Positions 1-11,634 are shown, counted from the stretch's first letter. The stretch is 37,103 bases of DNA from Octopus bimaculoides (GCF_001194135.2 NC_068987.1:1705456-1742558); one strand, 5' to 3'. Numbers and translations: made by a program. The notes: a model not told the origin generated them from the sequence alone.

Positions 1-144
1 TACACATTCATATTCCAATATATATATATATATATATAGTATTCAGATAATTAAATATATCCATTCATCTATAAATATATATATACATACACACACATAT
101 CACATATATGTATGTATCCATATGTATGTGTGCGTATGTATGTG

Positions 145-179
<35 letters not shown>

Positions 180-766
180 GAATTTGGGTGACTGTGTGTG
201 TGTAGTAGGAGGGAGAGTAGGTGAAAGAAGGTGTGTATAACTAAACAGTTTGAGGGTTTGTAATGAGAAACGTAATTTCCGGTCGCATTCTAATTTCCTG
301 TCCAAAAATCTGACTGAATATAAAACAGCTATCTTGCGACATAATCCATTATATCTTCTTTGAAACCTAACACTTAATCTCTGCTTCTTTCTCTCACACT
401 TTCGCTCTTCTTACTCCTCCTAAGTTTTTTTTTTATATGTTTGTGTGTTTATTTTTTTCTTGGTTCATCAGTTATTGTTGTTAATGGTTGTTTTTTTTAT
501 ATATTGTTCTCCTCGTTGTTGTTGTTGTTGTTAGTAACTACAATTCACTTTTTTATGTATATTTAGTTATTATTTTTTATAAAGTTATATTATATTCGTT
601 TCTAATTTTCTTTACAAATCTCGTTGTTGTAATTTTACTATAAATTCATTCCTTTGAAATTTTCATTGTCGTTCTTCTTGTTATTAACATTTTGCCGTTG
701 TTGTTGCTGTTATTATTTTTCATATTACTATTATTACTACCATCGTGCATTTTGTTACTATATTTT

Positions 767-769
767 ATA

Positions 770-808
<39 letters not shown>
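767..808. repeat. (ATT)n microsatellite, one example of many (TA)n, (CA/TG)n, (CT/GA)n, (ATT)n and (TACA)n tracts across the window
   Basis: Seen directly. Other large tracts include (TA/CA) 1250-1341, (TG) 2659-2706, (TA) 12830-12912, (CT) 13960-14230, (AAT) 28357-28407 and (AAT) 32990-33097. Confidence 0.95.
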
Positions 809-1284
809 GCTGCACCTCTGAAGAGTGTGTGTTTAATGTATAATATGCGTATGTATAATGTATATATGTGTGTTTCTATGTGTTTCTATGTATGCGTTAG
901 TATATATGTGTGTAGGCGTGTGTGTTTGAGCTTGTGGGTGTTTACTTTTTGTCTTCTAGACTAGTGTTAAATTTCCAAACAACTTACAGTTCGGAACAAA
1001 CCGTAGACAAATCTTTAGAAAACGAAGAAGATTGATGACAACGACAAGAAATGAAGAATTATGAAGTATAAGAAAAAAGTAACAAAAAATAATAATAATA
1101 AAAAAAACAAAATGAAAACGTATTAATCATAAAAATATTGCGAAAACTCATCAAAACAACTCATCAGCAAAGCTCACAAAACTAAACACATAACATGTAC
1201 ACGTGAGCATACACGCACACATATGCATATATACATGCATACACACATAAATATATATATACACACACACACATATGTATACAC

Positions 1285-1341
<57 letters not shown>

Positions 1342-1797
1342 NNNNNNNNNNGTAAGGAGGAAATGAAGAATGGTAAAAGCTAACAGTAAAATTTGGCAGA
1401 TATTCTGTTAAACAGGACGTAATTTTCGATAAGATGTAACATATTCGTTTCGTATTATAATTTCAATGCAGATATTTTTTGTAATATTTATAAAAAAAAA
1501 AAATGACAGGTAGTCAAGATGAGGCTGTGTTTGAGTATTACAGAATGATTAAAGTAGGAGTACAGTGAGAGAAAGAGAGAGAGGGAGGAGGAGGAGAGAG
1601 AGTGAGAGAGAGAGAAAGAGATGGAGCATGTACTGGGGGAAGATTATCGGGGGTGGGGCTGCGTATATAAGCATATATGTGTGCGTACGTTGATGTGGAG
1701 TTTGTGAGTGTGCGTACATATAATAATGTGTGTATGTTTGTGCGTGTCTGTGTGTGACTACGTACGGAACGAGACCGCCCGTGCCATAACAGATGCA

Positions 1798-2031
1798 TTA
1801 CTGGATGCTCACTGGATCGCCTGAAGCACCCTGGGCCTCAAGGTTCCAGAAATCAGCGCGTGCTCGGCGGCCTTCCTCAATGATACTCTTCGCAGGTACG
1901 AGTAAGATAAACAAGGGAGGAAGACCACCCGTGGGAAAATCTCGACCTTCTGCTTGCCCAGTCAAGACCGTCCCTATGAAGACCCCTGTCGACGAGAATA
2001 GAAACCCACTTTGAACGACACCCCTGCACAC
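1798..2031 (-). other. GC-rich non-repetitive island containing overlapping antisense ORFs (minus 1798-2031, plus 1793-2014); possible exon of an unidentified gene
   Basis: Hand count gives 99/180 G+C (55%) over 1801-1980, well above the AT-rich flanks. Both ORFs encode complex, non-microsatellite peptides. I recognise neither protein, so strand and frame are unresolved. Confidence 0.3.
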
Positions 2032-2114
2032 TTGTACACTACCCCACCCACAACACGAGAAGTGTCTGCAGACCTGTATGATGTTTCAAACTTGTTCCTT
2101 TTCCAAGCACTTTT

Positions 2115-2250
2115 CCATCTTTCTTTTCCTCACGTGACCATCTTTCTTTTCCTCACGTGACCATCTTTCTTTTCCTCACGCGACCATCTTTCTTTTCCTC
2201 ACGTGACCATCTTTCTTTTCCTCACGTGACCATCTTTCTTTCCTTCACGG
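2115..2250. repeat. 23-bp minisatellite (CCATCTTTCTTTTCCTCACGTGA), 5 full copies plus a partial sixth
   Basis: Seen directly: period 23, with CACGTG at 2131, 2154, 2200 and 2223 and the variant CACGCG at 2177. Confidence 0.95.
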
Positions 2251-2658
2251 ACCTTCCAAGGGCTGGACGTCCCTTATTTCTTTCTTATATCTTTTCTCTT
2301 TTCAACGAAAATATTTCTCTCAGCGTTCATTATTTTCCCCTCGTTCAGGTCTAACGATCCTCCATGTTTGTTTTTGTTCGATCTCCCTGTATATTTCCAC
2401 TGTCCTGCTTTGGTTCCTAACTTTGACCCTCCATAAATCCAAAATTTTATTTTGGTATTTATGTGAGTAACTGTCTTTGTTTTGTGAGTAACTGTCGTTG
2501 ATTGCTTGAAATGGGGAGTAGATAGACAACTGACAACTGCTGAAAGGTCATTCTTTGTGTTACATGTCCATTTTTTTCTCTCGTTGATTGCGCATCTAAC
2601 TCATTTGTTTTCGTATTTCATGTTGTTTATTGTTGGTAACGTCCTCTACCCATATATG

Positions 2659-2709
<51 letters not shown>

Positions 2710-2947
2710 ATATATATNNNNNNNNNNTATGTATATATATATGTATGTGTGCATGTATGTATGTTAATACGCATGTTTTTTGTGTGAATATACATGAATG
2801 GATGGTATGTGTGATGTTTGTTCTTCCTCAAGTTACAGGCACTCCCTATTGCTTCTAACACCATAAGAAATGTAGTAAAGCCAATTGATTCGCTTGCTGA
2901 TAATCTGTGACTAACGACGCAATTTTTCAATAATTGCGATGCGAATT

Positions 2948-2992
<45 letters not shown>
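2948..2992. repeat. (GAAA)n tetranucleotide microsatellite
   Basis: About 11 perfect GAAA units, seen directly. Confidence 0.95.
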
Positions 2993-2993
<1 letters not shown>

Positions 2994-3843
2994 GGCTTGG
3001 TGACTGAAGAAAATTTCCTCTATTTTGTTATCGAATCCTTTCAACAGAATAAAGTTTATTTTCAACTGGAGTTTGAAGTATTGACTGATAATGAGCGACG
3101 CTGAATCAGATTGAAGAGTCTTTTGTCTCTGACCCCTGGGTGAATACTTTTGTAGATTGTGTCTTCTGAGAATGAACCAGATTAATCTACTATTTACTAT
3201 TTACCGTCATCTCAATGTACAGTTTTTGTATAACTAAAACGGATTCTTCTGGTGCCTATTGTTGATTGTTGAAAGATAGGTGTTAAGTATTGGTTGACCT
3301 CGCTCCGAGAGAGAACCGCATTGAACTGGTACCTGTTACTGACTGAGGAAATGATCAATGTAATGTGGTCTGAAACTAAACCAGAATTTCTCTGGTAAAT
3401 ATTAGCTGGCGGGTAGATGAACTGATTTTGTGAACTGTGGTCAAGGACTGAACCGCAGTGGTCTTGCATCTACTTCTAATTAGAGGACCGGGGTTCAAGA
3501 TGGAATCAGATCTTTCTCATTTTTATTTGTGACGCAGAAGTGAAAATGTTGGCCCTGTTTAAAAAAAAATAACTGCCAGATTTTAGTGTTAAGCTAAGCA
3601 TATTTTTTTTTCTCTCTTAAACATCTGAACTACATTCCTTTGGGACTTATTCCTGAGATTCAAGCAAATAAGGAGTCGATAGACTAAAGTGATTTGTCTT
3701 GAAACTATAAATAGCGATAACAGCAGCAGTAGCAGCAGCAATAACTGTTGATCTTATCTAACCAGACATCTCAGACCAATTGTTTGAAAATAACCATAAC
3801 TATACATATATGTACGTGTGTGTGTGTGTGTGTGCTGGGGGTG

Positions 3844-3918
3844 GGAGTGTGGATGCATAAGAAGCTTGTTTCGAAACCACATGGTTCCGAGTTCAGTCTC
3901 ACTGTGTGGCAGCCTCGG
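3844..3918 (+). mobile_element. Degenerate tRNA-derived SINE head (type A), truncated by a gap
   Basis: AAGAAGCTTGTTTCGAAACCACATGGTTCCGAGTTCAGTCTCACTGTGTGGCA aligns with the reverse complement of 3929-4013 and of 27331-27420. Confidence 0.7.
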
Positions 3919-3928
3919 NNNNNNNNNN

Positions 3929-4013
3929 TGCCCAAGATGCCACGCAGTGGGACTGAACCCGGGACCATGTGGTTGGTAAGCAAGCTACTTACCACACAGC
4001 CACTCCTACGCCT
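3929..4013 (-). mobile_element. tRNA-derived SINE head (type A; CORE-like CCTTGGGCAAG start)
   Basis: The minus strand reads AGGCGTAGGAGTGGCTGTGTGGTAAGTAGCTTGCTTACCAACCACATGGTCCCGGGTTCAGTCCCACTGCGTGGCATCTTGGGCA. It has Pol III A/B-box-like motifs and is nearly identical to 27331-27420. Confidence 0.85.
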
Positions 4014-4026
4014 ATATATATATATT

Positions 4027-4090
4027 CTCCAAGGCGGTGTCCCAGCATGGCCGCAGGTCTAAAGACTGAAACAAGTAAAAGCATAAAAGA
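4027..4090 (+). mobile_element. 3' tail of type A SINE
   Basis: AAGGCGGTGTCCCAGCATGGCCGCAGGTCTAAAGACTGAAACAAGTAAAA is similar to the reverse complement of 26860-26910 (TGCGATGCTGCAGCATGGCCACAGTCAAATGAC), the tail end of the 26.9-27.4 kb copy. Confidence 0.65.
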
Positions 4091-5460
4091 AAATATATAT
4101 TTGTCTGTGTTTATATGTGTAGGCACACACACACAAAGACATGCACACACACACACAGACGCACGCATGCACATACACACACATTGACGTACACATACGT
4201 GCACACACGCACATACACACACACACGCACAGAAATCGTGTACGGTAAGAACATCTAGCATTTTATTTATTTATTTATTAAATTTACTGTTCTGAAAGTT
4301 GCGAATTTATAGTAAATGTTGCAACGAAACGGTTTGAAATCTAAAAATAGTCAGTAAACGGAGGTAAGTGAATGCCAAAATAGTTTCTGTGAAAAACAGT
4401 TTGTGTGAGAGAACTAAAAATAAAATACATACAATATATTCCTATAGAAAATTCAAAATAAAACTGCAATCTTGGTTCCCCACCTATCTAGTCCCAAAAG
4501 ATGCTTTGCACTAAATAATGGTAATTCCTAGTTAGTTCTCATTCCACATCCCTGATAATGCTTTTATCTGTCCTTAGCATATTTCTAGAATAGCAAATGC
4601 ACTTAGGTGTGTGAAAATCTGATAAATAACTATGAAAGGAAAAGCACTCATCGTTTCTACTTTGTGTGGTTGATTCAAACTTCCATCTATTGAGATTATT
4701 TTTTCTTTACCGTATTTTCCTTTTCATCCGAATCTCAAGCATTTGTTTGTCTCGGTTGTTGTTGTTGTTATGGTTCTTTTACCTTACAAAACATATTTAT
4801 ATCGAAATTTTTTGAGGCTAATGTAGTACCAGGTATGCCAAAAATATGGGGATTTTTTTTTTTTAAACCTTTCGGAAGCTATAAATACTTACGGTCTACT
4901 TGATGATATCATAGCATATAACCACACATTGCCCTCTTAAAATAGGAGAGACGTATCAGCACAAAATACACAATGCTATAGAGCAATATGATTGTTATTT
5001 TACTAAGAATGGTCCCTCGCAACTAATCCGTGTTTAAAAAATTTTATTATATTTTTATAACTAAGCATTATTAAGAATTGTATTAAAAAACTGCTAAAGT
5101 ATTTTTGTGTATTGTAGAGATAGGATCAATTTAGAGGGTTGGATGAGAAAATCTGTATAGGAATAAAAAAAAAACTAAAGCAGAAAGAAAAGTAAACTGA
5201 AATGGCAGTAAGTGAACGGTTACACCTTGGAGCCGGATAAAATGGTAATAACAAAAATTGCAGCAAATCACAAACTATAAAATAACTGAAAATAGGGTTA
5301 TAACTCTTCCAAATGACAGGGAATTCGAACTATGGAACGTATGAGATACTGCTTCTCTAAAATCGCTATGAGAGACTGCGGCATAGATCCACAAGTAGAG
5401 AGCCTTATAGAGTACAGCTTCGCTAAGGATGCTACGTGTGATAGTCCAGAGCCACAAATT

Positions 5461-5755
5461 GTTGTTGTTGTTGTTCTCGTTTGTTCCTTCTCGAACCATG
5501 CCTGGCTCATAAGGGCCGGTTTCCCCACCTGGACGGGACGCCGGTCTGTAGCAGGTGAGCTGCTAGATGCAGGAGGAAAGAGTGAGTGAAAGTTGTGGCG
5601 AAAGAGTCAGCGGAGGTTCGCCATTACCTTCTGCTGGAGCCACGTGGAGTTTAGGTGTTTCGCTTATAATCACACACATCTTCCGGTCTGAGATTCGAAC
5701 CCGCGATCCCTTGACCGCGATTCCGCTGATCTAACCACTAGGGCATGTGCCTCCA
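5461..5755 (-). mobile_element. Full-length 295-bp tRNA-derived SINE (type C) with (AAC)n tail and 15-bp target-site duplication
   Basis: TSD CCAGAGCCACAAATT at 5446-5460 and 5756-5770. Minus strand has an A box TGCCCTAGTGG (5735-5745), a B box GGTTCGAATC (5692-5701) and a 3' AACAACAAC tail. Confidence 0.93.
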
Positions 5756-6016
5756 CCAGAGCCACAAATTACGGAACACTTAAAATCAATCATTCTCTTG
5801 CAGGAACCAAGTACGCCATTTGCTTCACGACAAATGTATTCAGTTTTAAGCTGAATGTTAATTTAGGGTTGATAAAAGAAAGAATAGATTAAACAACAAC
5901 AACATACTGTATAAAGACTGTTTCCTTCTAAAAATCAAGGGCTTATGTAAGCCATGAGGATTATTATGGCAATAACAAAAGGATGACCAATATTTCTCGC
6001 TTTACTTCATTGCATT

Positions 6017-6147
6017 CGCAGGACTTATTCTTTGTAAACCTAGTACTTAATCTATCGGTCTCTTAAATCGAACCGCTAACTTATGGGCATAAACTCACCA
6101 GCATCAGTTATCAAGCGATGACAGGTAGATAAACACAAACACACACA
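6017..6147 (-). mobile_element. Internal/3' portion of type A SINE; remainder lost in the gap
   Basis: CAGGACTTATTCTTTGTAAACCTAGTACTTA resembles CAGGATTTATTTTTGTACTTA at about 26926-26946. The rest matches my recollection of this octopus repeat and is not verified. Confidence 0.6.
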
Positions 6148-7537
6148 NNNNNNNNNNNNNNNNNNNNNNNNNNNNNNNNNNNNNNNNNNNNNNNNNNNNN
6201 NNNNNNNNNNNNNNNNNNNNNNNNNNNNNNNNNNNNNNNNNNNNNNNNNNNNNNNNNNNNNNNNNNNNNNNNNNNNNNNNNNNNNNNNNNNNNNNNNNNN
6301 NNNNNNNNNNNNNNNNNNNNNNNNNNNNNNNNNNNNNNNNNNNNNNNNNNNNNNNNNNNNNNNNNNNNNNNNNNNNNNNNNNNNNNNNNNNNNNNNNNNN
6401 NNNNNNNNNNNNNNNNNNNNNNNNNNNNNNNNNNNNNNNNNNNNNNNNNNNNNNNNNNNNNNNNNNNNNNNNNNNNNNNNNNNNNNNNNNNNNNNNNNNN
6501 NNNNNNNNNNNNNNNNNNNNNNNNNNNNNNNNNNNNNNNNNNNNNNNNNNNNNNNNNNNNNNNNNNNNNNNNNNNNNNNNNNNNNNNNNNNNNNNNNNNN
6601 NNNNNNNNNNNNNNNNNNNNNNNATGTATATATGCATATATGTACGTATATATGTATATGTATATATGCATATATGTACATATATATTTATATATATATA
6701 TATGCATATATGTACGTATATATGTATATATATATATACATATATGTAGGTATATATGTATATATATATGCATATATGTAGGTATATATGTATATATATA
6801 TATATATATGCATATATGTACATATACATGTATATATATGTATATACGTATGCATACATACATACATGGAAATACACTCGCATTTATGTATTAATTTCTG
6901 TCAAGTTCCGTCATTTTCATCGTGTGGGCGGTGTATGTGTGTGGGAGGGGGCACGCATGTACTTATGCATGTATTTGCATGCGTTCGTCTATTAAATATG
7001 TCCGTGTGGATGTATATGTATGAGTGCATCTGTGTGTGTGTGTGTCCGTGCGTTCGAGTCAGTCTGTGTTTGTGTGTCTGTACGGCAATGTGTGTCAAAT
7101 CACATTCGTCTGATGTTCGGCTAATATATGTATCACTGCTGTGAACTCGTCATAATTGACTCTGAAGCTTTCTAATTCAATATAAGTGTGCTTGTGTGTT
7201 TGTGCATGTGTGTACATGTGCCTGTGTAATTGTGTGAAGGAACTGGTGTATGTGTATGTGTAGTTGTGTGTGTATGCGTGTGGGTGTGTTTTATTAAAAA
7301 CACGTCTGCAATGGTGTTTATTATTTTTTCTTTTTATCAAAGACATTTTTTCTTCATATTTCCTTATTAATCCATTATATTGAGTTTGAAGCAATAATAT
7401 TCCTAAGTCCATTAACGTCTCAAGACATTCGTGGCCTCATTTATTTAATCAAATGATGGTAGCATCGTGTCGTTGCTGCGGCGTTTCGTATAAGGCAGCA
7501 TGAGATCACGAGAATGATGTCGTATCTAACAATAATA

Positions 7538-7775
7538 ATAATCATCATCTTCGTCGTCGTCATCATCATCAACATCATTGTGATCATCATCATCATCATC
7601 ATCATAATTATCATCATCATCATCATCTTCGTCATCATCATCATCATTATCATCGTCATCATTATCATCATCGTCATCATCATAATTATCATCATCGTCA
7701 TCACAATTCGTCATCATCGTCGTTATCATCATCATCATCATCGTCGTCGTCATTATCAGCATCATCTTCATCATC
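7538..7775. repeat. Long degenerate (ATC/GTC/ATT)n trinucleotide microsatellite
   Basis: Seen directly. It contains a repeated CATAATTATCATCATC subunit (about 7603 and 7681) and a phase shift near 7700. Confidence 0.9.
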
Positions 7776-8399
7776 ACTGGATTTTGAATTGTTTAACTTT
7801 AGATGTAAATTTTAATTTGTAAATAACTCTTTGTAGCAGTTCCATAATTAATCTATAACATGTTTTCAACGAAATATTTTTCCATCTTTCTTTTCACTAA
7901 CGTTTTACATTATCCGTTATATTATCTCCTTGTTGCAAATGCATCTTCAGCTGATGAGAAAATGTCGTACATGAATGCCAGGCGTAACAATTTTAGTCAG
8001 GAAATTTACACCGCTCATTTCTACATTGGAGTTACTATATTACATTGGCTGTCTCAAGAACATTTTATTGCTTCTAGATATGTGGTTTCACATATGAGCT
8101 ATTCTGTTGTTCTTGCAATATATTTTAACTATGAGTCTGGGGTTAAGCAGGAAACATTGTGTTCATTTGTGTGAAATTTTTGTGTCTAACACTTCTGTTT
8201 TATGACTAGAAAAAGTTTGTTTCATGTAGCAGCGAGTTAAGAACGAAAGTAGTTTAGATATATATTTGACATACAAACCAAATGGAATAACACAAATATT
8301 TGAAAATAAACTTGTAAGGAGATGATTGGTTTGTTGGAATTCAAAACATTCATCATTGATATGGAAAAAGGTTATATTGGAAAATTAGTTTGCAGAAAG

Positions 8400-8900
8400 A
8401 TACAAGAAAAGTGCGTAGTGCGGAGAGGTAAATATTAATAGAGAAGAACGCGAGGCGATGGCGAAGACGGAAAACAAGGAATCGTAGAGAATTTTCGAAA
8501 CAGGTCTCTTGACAGATTCATCATGTGTATATATTTTTGCTGATTCTAAATGGTGATTCTATTGCACAATATTTAGCGTTTTATTCCAGTTTACGTCAAT
8601 GTGGGAGTAACGAGACAACAAGGATATTTGAGCAGTTGATTGACTTGCAAGGAAGAGTAGCCTAATCTCTCTCAAAACAGTTAAGGCCATTTGGAAAAAA
8701 TGGCGACAGAATGGGTGGTGCAGAACTACGTTTTTAATGTCTCCGAGCAAGGGCAAAGGTAGACGGGAGAATCTCGATTATCGATTGATTTGATTAGTAG
8801 TTATATGAGTGAGAAGAAACAGGCTTCTATAAAGGTTAACATGGGGCGAAGAAGCAGTAACATTGCTGTCACCATACGACTGTTCTGCAAGGTCAAACTA
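8400..8900 (+). mobile_element. Possible highly decayed RTE-clade LINE reverse-transcriptase N-terminal fragment
   Basis: Translation gives ...AIWKKWRQNGWCRTTFLMSPSKGKGRRENLDYRLI, similar to the RTE pattern IW....P.EW....I.PIYKGKGD...NYRGI. A later QAS...GRRSS..AVTIRL resembles QAGFR.GRST.D.IFT.R. There are many stops and the similarity was judged by eye. Confidence 0.3.
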
Positions 8901-9910
8901 AAACTAGATAACAATAACATTCAAATGCATATACATATATATATATATATATATANNNNNNNNNNNNNNNNNNNNNNNNNNNNNNNNNNNNNNNNNNNNN
9001 NNNNNNNNNNNNNNNNNNNNNNNNNNNNNNNNNNNNNNNNNNNNNNNNNNNNNNNNNNNNNNNNNNNNNNNNNNNNNNNNNNNNNNNNNNNNNNNNNNNN
9101 NNNNNNNNNNNNNNNNNNNNNNNNNNNNNNNNNNNNNNNNNNNNNNNNNNNNNNNNNNNNNNNNNNNNNNNNNNNNNNNNNNNNNNNNNNNNNNNNNNNN
9201 NNNNNNNNNNNNNNNNNNNNNNNNNNNNNNNNNNNNNNNNNNNNNNNNNNNNNNNNNNNNNNNNNNNNNNNNNNNNNNNNNNNNNNNNNNNNNNNNNNNN
9301 NNNNNNNNNNNNNNNNNNNNNNNNNNNNNNNNNNNNNNNNNNNNNNNNNNNNNNNNNNNNNNNNNNNNNNNNNNNNNNNNNNNNNNNNNNNNNNNNNNNN
9401 NNNNNNNNNNNNNNNNNNNNNNNNNNNNNNNNNNNNNNNNNNNNNNNNNNNNNNNNNNNNNNNNNNNNNNNNNNNNNNNNNNNNNNNNNNNNNNNNNNNN
9501 NNNNNNNNNNNNNNNNNNNNNNNNNNNNNNNNNNNNNNNNNNNNNNNNNNNNNNNNNNNNNNNNNNNNNNNNNNNNNNNNNNNNNNNNNNNNNNNNNNNN
9601 NNNNNNNNNNNNNNNNNNNNNNNNNNNNNNNNNNNNNNNNNNNNNNNNNNNNNNNNNNNNNNNNNNNNNNNNNNNNNNNNNNNNNNNNNNNNNNNNNNNN
9701 NNNNNNNNNNNNNNNNNNNNNNNNNNNNNNNNNNNNNNNNNNNNNNNNNNNNNNNNNNNNNNNNNNNNNNNNNNNNNNNNNNNNNNNNNNNNNNNNNNNN
9801 NNNNNNNNNNNNNNNNNNNNNNNNNNNNNNNNNNNNNNNNNNNNNNNNNNNNNNNNNNNNNNNNNNNNNNNNNNNNNNNNNNNNNNNNNNNNNNNNNNNN
9901 NNNNNNNNNN

Positions 9911-9959
9911 GGTGCTGTTGTTGTTGTTATTACTACTATTATTATCATCATCATCATTG

Positions 9960-10009
<50 letters not shown>

Positions 10010-10485
10010 TCTGTTATTTGATATGTATATATGTGTGAATGAATTCATTTAATGTTACATATATCTGTGTGTGTGTATGTACATTTATAGATATATTTAA
10101 GTAGCGCAAATATATTTATGTACTTACATTTAGACATGTACAAATATGGTTGTGTGTATAAATTGTTGCGAGTACATTTGTATATGTATGTTATGTATGT
10201 ATATGTATGTATGTATATGTATGTATATGTATGTTATCGAAGTGTGCGCTTATACATGTTTATTGGTGGACCGTTTCATTATGATTATATATATGCGTGT
10301 GTGTGAGTGAATATGTACGTAGACACCTATATTTACATGTGTGTGCGTATGCGTGTGGGTGTCAGTGTCTGTGTGAATGTATGCATTGATGTATACATGT
10401 TCATGTGTGTATATGCGTGAGCGTGTGTATGTATATCAATTATATGTATGTATTCCGAAACTTCAAAACGAAAATTCTAAACCCT

Positions 10486-10530
<45 letters not shown>

Positions 10531-10870
10531 NNNNNNNNNNATGAACAGCGTTTAAATAAGTACATAAAATTCTACACAAACATGTAATTTTATATGTACA
10601 TATATATAAGTATATACATGCATAATAAACGTATGTATGTATATATGTACGTCTATACATTTGCATATTGGAATTCTAACAACAACTTTATACCAAATTA
10701 TCCAGTAATACTTAATAAAATACTTAATAAAACAGCCAACAATATTGTTTCGATAATAAAATCGATAGATACGTCTGTACACTTGAATGGCTTCAATTTT
10801 ACAGTGATTCGATATATTGATGGTGCTGTTGTTGTTGTTATTACTACTATTATTATCATCATCATCATTG

Positions 10871-10920
<50 letters not shown>

Positions 10921-10978
10921 TCTGTTATTTGATATGTATATATGTGTGAATGAATTCATTTAATGTTACATATATCTG
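9911..10978. other. Assembly artefact: identical 157-bp segments at 9911-10067 and 10822-10978, each abutting a gap
   Basis: Read by eye, the two copies are identical, including microsatellite length. One copy begins at a gap end and the other ends at a gap start. Confidence 0.85.
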
Positions 10979-11594
10979 NNNNNNNNNNNNNNNNNNNNNN
11001 NNNNNNNNNNNNNNNNNNNNNNNNNNNNNNNNNNNNNNNNNNNNNNNNNNNNNNNNNNNNNNNNNNNNNNNNNNNNNNNNNNNNNNNNNNNNNNNNNNNN
11101 NNNNNNNNNNNNNNNNNNNNNNNNNNNNNNNNNNNNNNNNNNNNNNNNNNNNNNNNNNNNNNNNNNNNNNNNNNNNNNNNNNNNNNNNNNNNNNNNNNNN
11201 NNNNNNNNNNNNNNNNNNNNNNNNNNNNNNNNNNNNNNNNNNNNNNNNNNNNNNNNNNNNNNNNNNNNNNNNNNNNNNNNNNNNNNNNNNNNNNNNNNNN
11301 NNNNNNNNNNNNNNNNNNNNNNNNNNNNNNNNNNNNNNNNNNNNNNNNNNNNNNNNNNNNNNNNNNNNNNNNNNNNNNNNNNNNNNNNNNNNNNNNNNNN
11401 NNNNNNNNNNNNNNNNNNNNNNNNNNNNNNNNNNNNNNNNNNNNNNNNNNNNNNNNNNNNNNNNNNNNNNNNNNNNNNNNNNNNNNNNNNNNNNNNNNNN
11501 NNNNNNNNNNNNNNNNNNNNNNNNNNNNNNNNNNNNNNNNNNNNNNNNNNNNNNNNNNNNNNNNNNNNNNNNNNNNNNNNNNNNNNNNNNNNNN

Positions 11595-11634
<40 letters not shown>

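Noticed and set aside
1868-1926. Hairpin GGCCTTCCTC...GAGGAAGACC as a possible pre-miRNA
   Set aside because: A large asymmetric internal loop leaves too few contiguous pairs for a Drosha/Dicer substrate.
2115-2250. CRISPR-like array
   Set aside because: The repeats are directly adjacent with no unique spacers, and the context is eukaryotic.
3060-3470. 85-aa minus ORF (3212-3469) with faint RTE-RT-like or APE 'SDH' similarity; piggyBac-like phrase on plus
   Set aside because: Several incompatible weak resemblances and no diagnostic motif. It is probably an old TE but cannot be assigned.
5692-5755. tRNA genes at the SINE heads (also 3929-4013, 23061-23124, 27331-27420)
   Set aside because: A and B boxes are present but there is no complete cloverleaf or acceptor stem, and each continues into a SINE body.
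7526-7777. Poly-Asp ORF resembling acidic biomineralisation proteins
   Set aside because: It is fully explained by a degenerate (GAT)n microsatellite. The repeat phase shifts mid-tract, and there is no signal peptide or clear splice context.
7950-8330. Minus-strand KYIARTTE*L and TFSSHKTEVL, faintly like a second Penelope GIY-YIG region
   Set aside because: Only two short, imperfect motifs in different frames amid many stops. Not supportable without a profile search.
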